Position numbers and translations under genes: made by a program. From Ophelia neglecta (taxonomy: Eukaryota), in the NCBI GenBank assembly GCA_965285935.1, contig OZ260663.1, forward strand, positions 63,736,001 to 63,800,000: a stretch of DNA of 64,000 nt, written 5' to 3'. This document shows positions 1 to 15,704 of the stretch, piece after piece; within the stretch, counting starts at the first letter, position 1; every line of letters begins with the position of its first letter. The notes below the pieces were generated by a model, which worked only from the letters and a program-made list of their open reading frames with translations, ran no database searches and was not told where the DNA came from.

Positions 1-924
1 AGAAAATGAAACATTGAATTAAATAAACATACATTACACTCAATCATCAGTTTTTTAAAAATTAAAATCACATAATAGATTTATGCAATCAATCACATTT
101 ACAAATAAAATATATGCATTAAGGAATGTAAATTAATTTAAAGCATTATTTTTCAAATCAAGCATTGAACTGGAACCATCACAGATTGAAATACTTCACA
201 AGCAAAGTGGAAAAGCTCTTTATTCTACATTATAATTTTAGATGAACATATTACATATAGAAATTAAAAGTTTTCTCTTAAAACAATCTCTTACTTGAGT
301 CTTAATGCAGTACTACACTAATTGAAATGTAATTGGGGTGTCTTAAATTCATATTATGCAGACATGTCCATTACTTTTATCATACATTTTTTCTGCACCC
401 AGGTTTATACTGCATTCATAAATAACTAACATTATGATTTCATATTAAGGGGTCAATTTGGACAAACGACTACTTTAAATTAATCTAAAATCATGACAAA
501 ATTAAGTAAAGAAACAACTTCACAATATAGTCTGTAGTTTACACAATTCTAGCAGTAATATGGGCATTTTAGGTTTAGACAAGGTGTACATAATGTTTTG
601 CTTGTTTTTTTATAGACGGAAATGACTACTAATACTATTTTATCAAGTGCATGAATAGATATCCCTGTACGATTTTATGATGTTGGAATTTACCAAGAAC
701 AAACTGTTTTTTGCAAAAAAATTGATTGATCAACAGGTCAATGTACTGAGTTTTTTGGCCCCAAACATGAGAGTTGTGAATGAAAAGCTAGGCATGCATA
801 TCTTGATAGACACATACACCACACAAAGAAATTATAATCAAATTTAGTTTAATTATTTTGGTCACTTTGAAGATAAAAATGGATTTGATCTACTAGGCTA
901 ATTCAACGGCATATCTCCAACTAA

Positions 925-3900
925 TTACTTATCATATGACATTAAATAACCTTGCAATTTTGTAGGAAGGGGTAGCTTAGTCAATAGCCGGCTAATGCCA
1001 CCTCCATCATGTGAGCACAGACATTGTCTGATAGCTAGTCGACACAAATCCTGTAGAGATCTCACCCGAGACACAAAATCTACCATCCATCTAGTCAGCT
1101 CCTCATCCTTCATAGCAGTTATATTCTTAGGTAACTTCATAAGATCTCTCTTGCTGAACTGTGCTCCCACCACAAGCAGAAGTTTCAATGTTGCCAGACG
1201 GTTATTATATACGGACCAGTAAATTGGTGTGGTTTTCCTACAAAAATCAATTTTAAAGTTTATCTCTTTGTATTTTTTTTTATTCAATAGATATACAGAT
1301 AATACTGAGCCTATGATACAAACATTAATGTAATAAAAGGAAGTTGGAAAACAGGGATTTAGAACTACTGTAATGCTTCCAATAATTCGTCCAGCTAATT
1401 GTCATTGTATTAATTATTGATTGGTGAATTATTATGGCGAAAGAATTATTGACTCATGAATTACTAGATTTCCATAATAGGCTATCATGCAAGTGAGCTT
1501 ATTATTATATGAAAAATATAATTTAAGCTATGTGAAACTGAAGTAGGAGAATTAGTCTATTATTAGGGTCTTTTATTAGAGGTATAACCGAGAACATTTT
1601 TAGGCAGTTTAAAAGAGATAGAGATATTATTCCAAGAAGCTAAGAGGAAAGTAATAGCTGCGCTGTGTCTGTGCATGTGCCTACTTCCTGAGTAAATTTT
1701 ATACACTTAATAATAGTCAGTTTGTTGAAATATAAATTTAATAGAATTAATCGACTTGGAGAAGATAATATTTGAAGTTGTTTGTGCGTAATACCAGTTA
1801 AGGTAAGGTGACGATAATATTTGAAGTTGTTTGTGCGTAATGCCAGTTAAGGTAAGGTGACATGTAGGCACAGTGGCCTATTTTATACAAATATCAGAGG
1901 GACAGATGAAAAATGCATCCGTAGGCATGATGTTGATAGTCTAATGGTATCTGATGAGAAACTGAGCAAAGCAATTTGGGACAAAAAGACTGATTGACAT
2001 CCTGGGGATGCTTACATGATTTGATGAGCTCAGCTTTCTGAGCAAAAAATTGTCTAGTTCCAAAATTAGGGCATATAGATGCAATGTAATGTCTAACTAT
2101 TCCCCACTGCAATGTATAATGGCTATATTGCCAATAATTGGCAAAGCCACTATTTCATAATCTCATGCCTTTAAGCAACATTAAGCATAAAATTCCCGAT
2201 GAGAGAGTTATTTCTACCCGAAGTTCCATTTTCAATAACTATCTGCCTCCTTCATTTAATAGTGTGAACAAAAAAATGTGAGGGGCATTTCAATAGCAAA
2301 CTAACTAACTTACTACTATCAAAATGTCATGGAAGTGTTTTTTTTAAATTTATTTTCAGAAGGAACATTGTTATTAAGAATCATCAATCCACTTACCTCT
2401 TGTCAGCATGGTTTACATCTGCACCTTCTAATATCAAAAGTTTGGCATTTAATTCGAAACCAAAGTAGACACTAAGCAGCAGAGCTGTTTCCTGGTTCCT
2501 ATCCGTTTCATTTAGTTTAGCACCATGGTCTATTAGCACCTGACACACCTGTGAGGATTCCTGCCTTGATGCAATTATCAAGGGAGTTTCTCCCATCCCT
2601 GTCTTTCTGTCCAAAGGCAACTTTTTCTGCAGAATATGCTCAACAAGTTTATAGTTTTTAGACATGACTGCTAAGTGAAGCAGATTTTCTCTTTGATGCG
2701 TAAGCTGCCAAATATCTGCTCCAAGGTCTATAAGAATGTCAGTGAACATTAAATTGCCATTTTGAACAGCCAAGTGAAGAGGAGAGACAAATGGGTCATT
2801 TTTGCCATTGGCACTTGGTCCATCCACTTCTGCATTGGCTCTCAGTAAGAGTGATAAATTTTCTTCATTGTCCTGTAACACAGCATGATGCAGGGGGCCA
2901 TACTGTTGCTTGTCAACAATATCTAAATTAGCACCAAACTCAATAAGGAGGTTGACCAGCTCTGTACTCTTACATGCCACTGCTAGTATAAGTGGTGTTT
3001 CACCCTGACTATTTTGTGCATTAATTGTTATGGTACTGTCACATTCAGTATTGTTTTTATCACTTCCATTAAGCAAAAACTTGGCCATTTCTACACTTGT
3101 GTCATCTTGTGTGCATCTCAAAACTTGATGTAGTGGTGTTTCACCAATACTGTTCTTTTGATTAATCTTAGCACCTGAATTGATCAACATTTTAATAATT
3201 TCCAAGCTTCTTTTTGCCACAGCAAGATGCAGCATTGAACTTTTAGATGGCAGGGTGGCTCCTCTTATTCCAAATGTGTTTTGTATACCAGCAGAGCTCC
3301 AATCAAGTATAGCATTAGGGTCACTGCCTAATCTTAGAAGTAGACGAACAGCCTTGGCCAGGCCTCCTTTGATGGCAATGCTAAGGGGAGTTTGGGGAGC
3401 CCCGATGGTTGTGCCGCAATTGTTTACACTTGCCCCACTATTTAACAAGGCAATGCACATTCGCAAATCTTCATTATTAGCAGCCAACACTATAGGAGTT
3501 AGCCCATTATATTCCTTACTGACATTCCCGCCCAGATCAATGAGGTGATTGAGCATTTTGATGTTTTGTCGCTGAATGGCCATGATGATGTGTTCGGTCA
3601 AGTCCAAGCTGTTGGTCACAATTGATGACAAATCATTTTGTCCAGCTAATTTTACCAACTTTGATACAAGCTTGGGACAGTCATGTTTAACTGAAAACAA
3701 AAATTGTAATCATCTAATACCGGTATATGGAGATTAAAATGAAGTTATCAAGACAATACATCACATTTTTTTATAATAAAGATGGCAAAAATAACTATAG
3801 CTTGATAATTATACATCTCAAAGGTATGATTAAATGCAAACAAGGAGTTAAGAAACACAAGCCCCCACCAATTAAAGGGGATAGTAAACATTGTCTGTAG

Positions 3901-4975
3901 CAAATTACTCCTGGCAAGTCAAAGCAAGAGTGGGACTCCCTCCCCCCCCCCTCAAGATCCCCCAAAATATTTTGTTTGCTCAAAACACTGGAAATTGCAT
4001 GAAATGTTGAACAAGCAAAATCATTTTTTGACATTTTTTTTACAGATTGAATTTTATTGGTATTGCTTTGGCCTCTTATATTCAGATTTCTGCCAAAAGA
4101 TGACAAATTTATTTTGAGCCTATAACGTGTCCTCCCTGTCAATTTCAGCCCTGCAGCTGTGATACTTTTGCTTAATCTTGTTAATGAGCCTTTGTTACCA
4201 TATTGCTATAGAGGAAGTAGTATAGGCACTAGATTTACAGTTACCAGACTATGGCCAGACAGACGGACAGGGTCTAATACATATCCCCACTCTTTTTTCA
4301 AAAACAGGGTGGAGCACACAAATGCCATGTCACGCACTTACCAGCAATATGAATTAGTCCATTCACTCCACCACTGCACTGGTTAAAACTTGCCCTGTTA
4401 TCTATAAGGAGTTCAATAAGCTCTGTGTTCTGTAAACTGGCAGCTATTTGCAAAGGATATGCATTGGGAACACTGTGAGACAAGGTTTTCCTAAGCCATG
4501 GTATGGTTGCAGCTGCTTTATGTGACACAGGAATGTTTACACTAGCCCCTCTTTCTAGCAATACCTGGACAACCTTTGTCTTCTGGTTGTGGATTGCCCA
4601 CAAAAGTGGAGTTAGATCATTTGACAAAGTTTCATTCACAATGTCATTACAGTCCAGTATTTCCTTGACCAAGTCACAATCTCCTGCAGCAATGGCTTCC
4701 CAAATTGCCCCTGAAAAATATTTCTATGATGAATTTGCAAAACTGATGACAATCTTTTTTTTCATATTGGTCATCAGGTAATATTTGGGAGGCTAATTTT
4801 CTATAACTAAATCTGTTGAAACTTTACTGGGATAACAAAAGAAAAATTGTGGATATGTCTGCAACAATTCCCTTTAGGTTTCTTTCATAAAAATAAACTT
4901 ACAGTGGGGTGCGTCAATAGTTCTTCGTTCACTCATGTTACCTGTTCTCTCATGTTGCCTTGGCTGTACGATCAT
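925..4975 (-). CDS. Ankyrin-repeat and SOCS-box protein (ASB-like), ~682 aa, 4 coding exons
   Basis: Exons 4975-4903, 4710-4342, 3690-2397, 1237-925 join in frame (phases 1,1,2; GT-AG; 2049 nt). Many ankyrin repeats (GETPLHQV, GETPLILA, SPLHLAVQNGN, GETPLIIA). C-terminal SOCS box SLQDLCRLAIRQCL...LPLPTKLQGYL. The first coding exon is the least certain. Confidence 0.92.
1764..1861. repeat. 49-bp tandem duplication in the last ASB intron
   Basis: GATAATATTTGAAGTTGTTTGTGCGTAAT(A/G)CCAGTTAAGGTAAGGTGAC at 1764-1812 and 1813-1861, one mismatch. Confidence 0.95.
3860..4295. repeat. Interspersed repeat, copy 1 (second copy at ~26730-27260)
   Basis: Shares ordered blocks with 26730-27260: CAATTAAAGGG(G)ATAG, AAGTCAAAGCAAG, poly-C, AAACACTGGAAAT, GTCAATTTCAGCCC, CCATATTGCT(A/G)TAGAGGAAGTAGTATAGGCAC. 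Boundaries approximate. Confidence 0.8.
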
Positions 4976-7584
4976 TGCGTCCCTAGTTTTGCAGGATACC
5001 TGAAATATATAAAAAGGCTTCTTAAGATGGTTGCCTCTTGAAATCACTATCAAAATTTGTCACTAATGTGCTACAAGTCTATCAAGAACTCATCAGCTTC
5101 CTTTACCTGTGTCACTTTTCACAAGTAGAACTGACAGAATAAAGATGGTGTCGACTTGCCCAATTTTTACCTCATAATAAAAACACCAAGTCACAGGAAG
5201 TATTCATTGAAATTGCTATAAAAAGTTCTAATTAAAACCATTAAATAGTCAGTGTAACACAGAATACTTTTATGCATTCCATTACAGCAATGCAAAACTC
5301 AAGTGGCTGAATAAATTATTCCAAATAAATACGGAATAGTGCTGCAACTGGATGTTGTAGAACACGCCCCAGCATACGCATGCTGATTATAAACGGGTGG
5401 TAGTTATGATTTTATGACCTGCCAAAGGCATACAAAATACTACCCAACCCATCTTTATATTCACCCCCTAATTTAGAAAAAAATCAATGTCTATAATAAT
5501 AATATCCATTGCTATATAATGATACTTTATAATAAGCAGGTTACAATTATCAATGGAACCTTCAGTTTAGGGGATAAATGGTCTAAGAATGCTATGCTGG
5601 CAGGGTCCAGGATGTTTGATGCTTGTATAATTATTCCTTTAACCCTTTCACTACTATATCACACTGTGATTGCCCGTATAGGCCCCATTACCAAGTCACA
5701 TGACATATAATATACATGCCTCACTACCACATCGCCTGAGATCGCCAACGATTTTTTTTCAGTACAAAAGATATGAAAGATTTTCTAAATAAATACCAAA
5801 ACATATAAATTTCATGGTGGAATAAATCGGGTATCTGGTGGTGACCATACCATGAAACAATCTGGTACCTAAGGTTGGGGTGATCTGGGGCAATACGCCA
5901 GTGATAGATATTATTAAGGTGCTTGGCCCATCAATATATTTGTCCAAAATTGTCGGTTATGAACCTTATAGGTTTCACTGTTTTCTTAACAAAACATTGG
6001 TAAAAAATAGTTCTATTTACTTTCACTACTTTATAATATCTAGGGGGAGGGAATAGTTTTGAGCAGTTTTTTCTTCTTGGAACAGCTTGACTGGACAAGA
6101 CATTTTATCAAAATCACAAAAGGGTGCTTTTCTGCTGCTATGATGAACATTCTTTATGAAAATTCAGAGTTATTTGTCAGTTTACATAAAAACAACACCA
6201 TTTCTCCCCCCTCCCCCCCCCCCCCCCCCCCCCACATTATGTACTTATAACAAGGATTATTTTTGCAAAACGCCAATATGTTGTCAGTTGGAAACAAAGT
6301 AAGATTTGCCAGGATCGGAAGATATTGATAGAAATATATTCATTATCATCTGGTGCCATTAAGTCTCTATTCTAGGGGGATACATTTCAATAAAATTAGG
6401 TATGTTCATAAACTATTATGAGCTGCTGGCTATGATCCTATGGATAGGGGGAAATAGGGAGTACCCAGGCACCAGGGTCTCAAGTAATTTGTCTGGTCTG
6501 AGAATAATATTCTATGTAGCTCTCTGGTCTGGCTTATAAAAAGAGATATATTCAAAAACTTCAAAGTGAGAAAAAAGGTTATGCAAATATACAGCAGTGA
6601 TTGGGAAGAAAAAATTATGTGATTGGGGAGGTGCCCTTCCTAACTGAGTGTATCAAATGGACCTTTATTTCTAATGGGTACAGCAGTGAAAGCACTGCAT
6701 ATACATGTATGCTGGTGTGTTGTGTCCTACAGTTTGATATTGGGGGAGGGTGGGGGGGGGGTGTACATGTAGATATATTTTTGGAAGTCGATTTATAACA
6801 GGGAAGTGACCAGTGCTAACACTCAAATCAAACAGTTTGAGTATTCTTCCTCATCAAAATAAAGTAGGGGTAAATTGACAAATTCATTCCATGCATACCA
6901 CACTATATCTTAGCATGCCATTTTACACCAATCAGTACATTTGACTCAGACCCTGAAGCAAAGCGGCTTACAGAAATGATCAATTTTTTTATGAATTTCT
7001 GCTGGAGATTTGGATACAATGACACACCTGAGGGCAATTTACCTAGCCCATTTTACACGACGCCTACAACCGATCAGATGCTTTAGCAAACTAGGGGCTT
7101 AATCTGCTAGCAGACAGAATGAAACCTGTTATTTAAGTACCTCAGTGAATACCTGGGAAGTATGAGGCCTGACCAAATAGGCTGAGCCAAAAAAGGCTGG
7201 GACCAAAATAACATGAATCCCTGGGGCCAGAATTTCCAGTTCCAGGATAATACACTGCTACATGAACAGATATATAGAGCTACATGAATGTATGTATATG
7301 TATGTATAAGACGACGCCCACTGGTGTTGTCATCATACACATCTCTCAGCAGTCCAAAAACATCTAAACAGCAGTCCACTGAAAGGATGTCGCGTGACCA
7401 CCAACACTTGTCTCTTCATTTTTGTAGCTTATTGATTTAATCAAATTTTACACAGTAATAATTATTTACACTGAATTTAATATTATGGGCTATAAATCTA
7501 GCTGTAACCCCTGCCAAAAAAACTAAGTACATAACTTGCATGATATATTTAGCCTAACAAGCAATTTAAAACTAGAGTCTCTTA

Positions 7585-7898
7585 CATTAGAAGTATAAAC
7601 AGGTTAACAGGTAAATATGGTAAACAGGTAAACAGTTGCAAGTTGTACTTAGAGCTGAGCCACATAACATCCGGTTGCAAGTTCGGCCAAACTAGTGGAT
7701 AAAATACTGCAGTGTGCCTATCATTTTTACCGTGTTTATACCGCCTCGATTGTGTAATTATTTGCATATCTTTAAAAAGAGGGCTAAACAAATCACGACC
7801 TAAAGAATTATGGTAAAAATGATGAGCATAATATTTTCGAAAACAAAACATAACGTTTTAGGCGCCATTTTGAAAGATCGACTGCTACACAAATCAAA
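7585..7898. promoter_or_regulatory. Putative bidirectional promoter, ASB-like (-) / CETN3 (+)
   Basis: Head-to-head genes, a locally CpG-richer stretch, YY1-type GGCGCCATTTTG at 7861-7872 just upstream of the CETN3 ATG, and a candidate minus-strand donor near 7585. Confidence 0.5.
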
Positions 7899-10800
7899 AT
7901 GAGCCTTCCTCTGAGGTATTTTTTAGAAATTTAGTTTAACTTCGTACGGTTTTTTCTAAAAACTAGATTTGAAATCGTGGACCTTGAATTGAAAGGCCAT
8001 AAAATGTACTTTATTATAATATCTGACTGTACGTAAGTTGTGAACAGAACTCTCAAATGTTATCAGGTATGAACCTTACATGCACTGCACTGTGAATGGA
8101 CCTGCTGATGAATACAGACCTGTCTATGAACACAATTATGTTTTTCTTTGGTTTATAGCGACTCTGAGTTACTTTTTAATGTCATATAGCTATTATTAGT
8201 ATGTTGGCGACTGTGATCAATGGCTGCATTTAATTAATAATCATGCCTTGTTCTGATCAGTTTAGGAGACAGGCAGAGGCAAGTTAATACATGTATATTA
8301 AGTATGTACATGTGTGGGGGGGGGGAGGGGGGGGGCATTCCCGTACGCCAGAATTGGTGAATGTAATATTCCATAATCTATAACTTGTCCTGGTTTTCTT
8401 AAATGAAATTTTCAGGGGAACCCTTAAAATGGCCAGAGAAATGCCCATGTCCCAGTCCCCTACATGGAAATTGTCAGAAGAGCCCGAGGGACCATGGACT
8501 CGAAAAAGATGAAACCACAGGGATTTCCCCCACCTTTGCCTGGGAAAATCCCTGTAATTCCCCTAAAGACCTGGGGGCGTGGGGTTGGGGTTACAACTGA
8601 TTACTACGAATATGTCTTTTGTGTTTTTATTTTCCATAATCAATAAGTTGTTATCATTTCCTTTCACTTAATGCTTTTGTGTTTTTATTTTTCCCTTACT
8701 CACAAACAGTTGAAACTGGAATCTGGCCCTCTTGCCTAGCCCCTTATTAATGCCAGGCTCTGCATTTTAATTTTTTTGGGAATTAAGAAGCTGGTCACTT
8801 ACAATGGAAGGGGGTGGGAAGGCTGCAAATCTATCAGGGGGAGGGGGGGGGGGGGGGTCCCAAAGAATTATGACACCATTAGATGTGGAGGGACCCTCTT
8901 TTGGGTGGAGGGGTCATAAAAAAAGAACAAAACATCCAAATCAATATACATGTATTATACTTTGATATAAGGAAGAAGGTCCAAAAATATATCAGCTTTC
9001 ATGCAATAATCTTTATTCAGTTTATGTCCTTGGAATAGCATCATTCTAATGAACATTGAAGCTTTGAACATGTTGAATGCTATAAGTTTCTACAGTAAAA
9101 CCTCCCTAAATGAACCCCTCCATAAACCGAACACCTCAGTTGACTGCACAGTTTTTTCCGTCCCAAATTTTGTCCTATTTATTTGATGTTAGTTTTCCCT
9201 AGGTAAAGTGAACATTTCTGCTTTAGGTGAACACAAAACACTTTTGCCGGTCCCAAAGTGTAAAATGGTTTATAAATGAACCTGTTTTAATCGAACGCCA
9301 AGGCCCAGGAAACATCATAAATGAAGTTCCCTCAACCCTTTAACTTTGATTTGTATTTTTTATTCTTTCTATCACATTTCAGGAGAGTTTTAATCAAACG
9401 ATGAGATCCTATAATAAATATATATATATATATATATAAAGTTGCATTGAGCATGCATTTCAATCAAGTTTGGTTAAGTTAACACCTCTGTTAATTGAAC
9501 ACTTTTGCTGGTTTGGTTAACCAAGGTTTAACTGTATTTGTATAAATTCACCTTTCGCTTAAGCCATTAAGGCTGTAGTTCATTTGATTTCAGGTGTTTT
9601 TTTTTCAACAATAATAATCTTTGAAATCCACATGTATAAAAATTATCCATCAAATTTAAAAATGTGTCTTCAAAAAGAAGAATAAGGCATCTGGATGCTG
9701 CAAAAAGAAGTTTTGTTTGGAGCAAATTTGCTTTACATGCTAGTAGTATTAAGTGACATACTCGCTTACATGTCCTTGGATACATGATTATAAAGAAATT
9801 AATGTTTGCTCTGATAACTTTGAGGTTGCAGCAAAGTTTTTATGTTTAAGTTTTATTCTCCATGTAGACCAGATACAGCATACACTACAAATGACTAACA
9901 TGAAACATGAACATGATATTGACTTTGAAATATAGTTTGTCTTTCTTTGTGTCAATCTTTTAGTCATAAACCTATTGGACCTGTGGTTTATTTTTTTCAT
10001 TTAGAACAAATGATCACTTTATTCAGTGTCAGATGTAAAGTCATTATTATTTTTGGGCTTGCATGAAAATTTGTGAATAAATTCATTTGGTATGGAGAGT
10101 CTATATTTCAAATTGAATAGTGTATGCTCATGTTAGAAGCATATCTTTTCATTTTGACATGCAGTGTAAATATACTACTGTCTGATTATTTTTTATTTGC
10201 CATACACATGATACTGAAAGTCAATGCTAGGGAGGAGGGGGCATTGGGATGAAACATATTACAGAGCCTTTTGAACTAAAACTTTAAGTTTTTCATGTTG
10301 CTACTCTTGGAGCAAGATCATTAACAGAAAGTTAGACTTTTTACAGCACACCTATGCACATTTTAATTTACTTTGGGTCAGTATATAATCCGGTAAAACC
10401 ATTTAATATACCTGCCCATGATGTGTTTTTTTTGGGTGGGGCGGGGGGGGGGGGGGGGGGGTTGGATTACAGTTTTAGTCAACTTGTCAGACGGAGTACT
10501 TGCTTGAATAATGGAATATATTCAATCTGTCAAATAATCCAAATCTGCACCCTCTTGATTCTTGACTATTTAAAGGGGTGACTTGTCATCAGATCACAAA
10601 GGAAAGAGAAGAAAAAGAAGAGAGTTATCAGAAGAACAAAAGCAAGAAGTGAAAGAGTCATTTGAGTTGTTTGATACAGATAAGGACAGTGCCATAGACT
10701 ACCATGAGCTCAAAGTAAGGCAATATTTACAACAGTTATCTTCGATAGTTATGTGCTTGTTCTCACATATATTTTGTGAACCAGCCCACATAGAATAAGG

Positions 10801-13800
10801 AAGACTTTTAGTTTAGAACGTAATGTGCAGTTATTAATCTGAAATGTGTTGACTGACAAAGTCGAATATATGAATGCCCAATTGCAGCTTACTCCCTATA
10901 AAACTAACCTCATCACAAATATGAAATCACACTTTTGACTTGCCCTCTTGATGAAACTGACCAAATTGCAAGAACATGTTTGAATTTTTATTGGCAACAA
11001 GGTCAGTTTTATGTGGAGAACAAGTCACGTTTGTGCATTCCCAGTTGGGACTCAGCAGGTAAAGAAAAAATCAGTATTCTAAATCTAAACTGGTTACTGT
11101 ATATGTAGTCATCACAAATTATTCCGTGTGACTATAATAACACATTTATGAGTCTCTTTTTTGGCATATGTGGAAGCAATACAAGAATTGGGGTCAAAAA
11201 GACATTGGTTTTAGTGTTTAGTGCCCAAGGGGATTTGGGATGGCAGGCTGAGATGGAGCAGGGTCATTTGGGCGTGAAATAAACAGTCTAGTATTCCTGT
11301 ATAGTAAGTGGCCAGCGGGTCAGTCTAGAATTCTGATAAAACAAATATTGTGTGAATATACTCCATATAGAATTCATTACTGATCACTGATTCTAATTGC
11401 TTCAGGTTGCCATGAGGGCATTAGGTTTTGATGTGAAGAAAGCTGAAGTTCTGAAGGTATTAAAAGATTATGATCGAGATGGGACAGGAAAAATAACTTT
11501 TGAAGATTTCAATGAAGTTAGTAAGTAATGAGGTTAATATTATAATAGTTTCATCAGGGATAATTCTGGGTTGTGGCCAGAATGGGGGATTTGCACCCAT
11601 CTAGGACCTTATCAATGGGGCATTTTTTAAACCAAATTATAATTTGGGACTTTAATTGCCCATGTTCAGCTCTGTGGGTATGTATCCATATTGGATCCAT
11701 GCAATAAGCTACTTGATTAGTTCTTGATGAGACACTTTCCTGCCTGCAGTGAGTGACAGAATCTTAGAAAGAGACCCAATGGAGGAAATGATGAAGGCCT
11801 TCAAGCTATTTGATGATGATGATACAGGAAAGATTAGTGTCAGGAACCTGAGAAGGGTGGCCAGGTAAGCCAGCTTATTATTCTAAATGCACCTACTTGA
11901 TATAACAAATATGTCTCCTCTCCATTCATAACATTAAGCATTGAATTACACATTTAGTACTTTGCTGAAACTGTTAAAACATTATTGGTATGAGGGAGCC
12001 GGCATCATTTAAGTAGGAATTGCACATTAGAAGTGAGACACACTTGTTTGGTGTCACTTGGTCAAGTAAGGTTTCTTATCGAGAGGTTTGATTCTCTTGA
12101 GAAATCTTGACTATTCTGCAGGAAAGCCTCTGTAATTCTGCTCAGTGGAACATGCATGTGTCTTTACTGATTGAATAGTTAGTCCTTAATTAATACTAAT
12201 TCCAATCACCATCAGTTTTATTTTTACTGTGTCTTTACACTTCCATATAATCAGATTATGCTTCTTTTGTCAATTGCTTCTCTGCATAGGGAAACTTTAA
12301 AAACATCCATGTTGGCATGTTTTAAAACCTGTCAACAAACATATTCGCCATCATTTCTCAAAGAAACGATTGAATGTCAATAAAACTCTCAAACAGATAT
12401 ACTGGCAAAAATAAAAACTTGTAAAGATATTAATGTTTTTTACATTGAAACCCTTGCCAATAAACAATTTCTACTTTTTTTAAAGTATTTATATTATGGT
12501 ACTTGCATATAGCATAATTTAGGTGATTTTCTATGTAGCCCTACTTTTCAAACTGTGTGAAATCACTTTATCCTATCCTGGTCATCCTGCTTCTGTGCAA
12601 CTTGGATCATATAAATTATTTACTAAAGATCAACTTGCATTTACTGTAAATGTTTATTAACTGTCACCATTTGGTTATTTTTTCTCTAATAAAATAACTA
12701 GCCCACTGTCAACTTCTCAAAGGGAAAGGCCATGGTCAAGCATCCCCTAAAGTTAGTAACATGTTCAATCACTTATTCTGATGACCAGTAAAATTACCTG
12801 GTTTTCTGCCAATTCTGCTCCACTTGGCACAGTTGCTGCTCTGTGCATCACTTTGATGTTACTCTTAGAATTACAGCATGTCAAATGGCACATTATCATA
12901 GGCCATACCTGTATGTTTACTCATTCTCACTATGTGCCTTATCCTTCCCTGTCTACTGCCAATGATCTGATCCTCTATAACAGAATAGATACCAACTAAA
13001 AATACCATTAGTATTGATCACACTTGATAAGCATTATGAAAATATTGATTACTAACAATTAATAAGTGTAGGTACATATGTTAATGAGGCAGGCATTAAT
13101 TATATAGCTTTGTTTACCTCTTGTCTTCTGATTGTTGATATACATAATATATTTATATTTTAAGTCCTGGCCAGCTATTGATTAATTAGTGTATGCAAGA
13201 AGATGAATACACTGTCTCTTTCAAATAGACTCAGGTAATATTATATGGTATGGTCATCCACATAAGGATAGATCTAAGCTGATTCAGTTGATTAGAAAAT
13301 GAAGTCATGAACCTTACTTTATAGAGAGCTAGGTGAGGACATGTCTGAAGATGAACTGCGGGCCATGATTGAAGAATTTGACAAAGATAATGATGGTGAA
13401 AGTAAGTACCACAGCTAGCCTAATACTAAAACAGTGTATTGTATGTTTGAAGTAAATGTCAACATCAGACAAATCCTGAATAGTGCCGATATGTAATATG
13501 AGAAATTACAAGTAAAGGCACCTTGGCAACAGACAAATGTTGCCAATTATTGCCTCCTACCCTTTTTTGAAAAATAGGGATATGTATCTGTCTTCTATGC
13601 CCTAGAAGTGGCTATTACTCAGCAACCGTTAGAGCAACAGTTACTGTAGCATGTCTATTCCACACATATGAGGTAAAGTCTGGGTTTTTTTTCAGGGTAG
13701 GTGGTGCCATTCGAGTGCCAATACTGCACGTAGTTCTGTTTCAGCAATATGATGACAAAAGCTTGGGTTGAATTTGACAGGGAGGAAATGCTATATGCTT

Positions 13801-14478
13801 ATGATAAGCTGGTTAATTTTCTAAGTAACTCGGGATATATTTAGTTTTCTTAGCAACACCAAACAAAAATTTGATATGCAAAAATGGCAATTTTGTTTGT
13901 TTTTCTAGTCATTTCAGACCATTTCGAAAAAATGTTGAAAAAAGAGAATAACATAACATACTTAGTGAAAGCACATAAGGATGGGTGTTTATCAAAACAA
14001 AGTTGAGCACTTAACAGTCACAACAGGGCTTTTCAAAATAACCATTCTTTTTAAATTATAATAGACAACATCACTCTCATGGTAATCTTAGCTTTGAAAA
14101 GAGAGGACTGTCTGACAATTTTTTATTATTATTATTCCTTTCAATAGGTAGGGGGATTGAATTTCTAAAACTTTTGTTGGTCAAATATACTAAGATGCAT
14201 ATGGCTTTGTTTGCGGCAAAACATCATTCCAATTTATTTGCAAATGTTGTTGCAGTGCATAGTAACCCATTGGCATAATCTGTATCAAAGCCTGAATACA
14301 AATTAAGGAATCTGCACATGTGTATATTTATATAAGGATATACATTAATTTATAGCAGCAATACAATACAGTTGGTCTTAATGAAAATTAACAGGAATCG
14401 AAACTAGACTTATTTTCTATTGCAGTCAACACGCAGGAGTTCATGTCCATCATGACGGGAGATGCTCTGGATTATTGA
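7899..14478 (+). CDS. CETN3: Centrin-3 (EF-hand centriole protein), 171 aa, 6 exons
   Basis: Exons 7899-7915, 10576-10714, 11406-11520, 11750-11864, 13325-13401, 14426-14478 join in frame (516 nt): [64 protein letters not shown]...[13 protein letters not shown], closely matching centrin-3. Confidence 0.97.
9093..9534. mobile_element. Tc1/mariner-pogo-type MITE in CETN3 intron 1
   Basis: TA-flanked imperfect TIRs CAGTAAAACCT / AGGTTTAACTG, repeated internal GAACAC/GAACC motifs, no ORF. Confidence 0.65.
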
Positions 14479-15704
14479 TACCTGGCTATTTGAACATTCC
14501 AAAAACACCTCATTCTACTGTGATCCTAACTCAACATAGTACAATATCATATAAAATAAATTCTATTCTAGCCATATAATATTGAAGGAACAATTGGTTG
14601 TAACCTTCTGTAGGTAGCCATACACTAAAGCAGTAAGGGTATTATAGTTAGAAGGAAGTTGCATGTTCATGTATTTATGGGGAAAATGTAGCCCCTACCA
14701 TATTACCCTACACCTTGAACAATACCTACCTACGGTAGGCCTTACTTTTTTGTCCAATCTCCTATCATAATATAACCTTACCTGTAAAATATATATCATT
14801 TGCAGCACGAAATTTTTTCACAATAGGCAATATCAATTATTTTGCACATTATTTTTATGACCACTGAAATGGCTTCTGTGATGAAGACTAGGGCCTAGTT
14901 ATGCATGAAAATTTGTGTGCACTGATAATTTTTGAGTCAATGAGAAAAGCATGAAGATTCGATTATGTTTTATTTTACCCTAATCAAAGCACAACCTCAT
15001 ACATGTGAAAAGGGCCAACTGACAAAGGCTGTACACACTGCTATCTCATAGCATTAGCCTGGCACAGGACCGTGAAGACACAGTTTGTACAAGGTATGAT
15101 GTGATGCTGATGGCTGACCTTTTTCCTGTTTTGTACACCGTTTATTGATGTCCAACATCAAAGTAATAGCACTGATGCACTGTGACTACTATAAAGCACA
15201 GCATTTTTGCTAGAGAAAATGTTTTTGGTTTGGGTTTATTTCACAACATTTTAGTTTGAGGGTTTGAAGCAGGTGCCATGTTGGTAAATTAATAGATTTT
15301 CATATTCATCTTACTTCTGCGAATTTATGACACCACAAAAATGAAATTAAGGTTAATTTAATATGTTTTTTTAAGTACATGTAAATTCACTCTCTGCTTG
15401 ATTGACAAAGAAAAGTACAGTTCTGTGGTACGGCTTTAAAATGTTTTCCCTCAAAACTATGCCATGACAACCTGGAAATACAACTTAAATGTCTTAAATA
15501 TCTCTTTTTTGGAACCAAGAAAGTACTGCAATTTTTGTCTCATTCTTTTTATTAACAAGGGGATTCACTTCTAGACTCGGTAACTGTGTGAAGTGGGAAG
15601 CATTAGATCTATAGTGTAGAAGTGTTTTTTTTTTCCTGTGTAATTTGGGCCTATACAGTATTGAATCCTATATAATTATGTACTGCTATTTTTGTCTGTT
15701 GAAA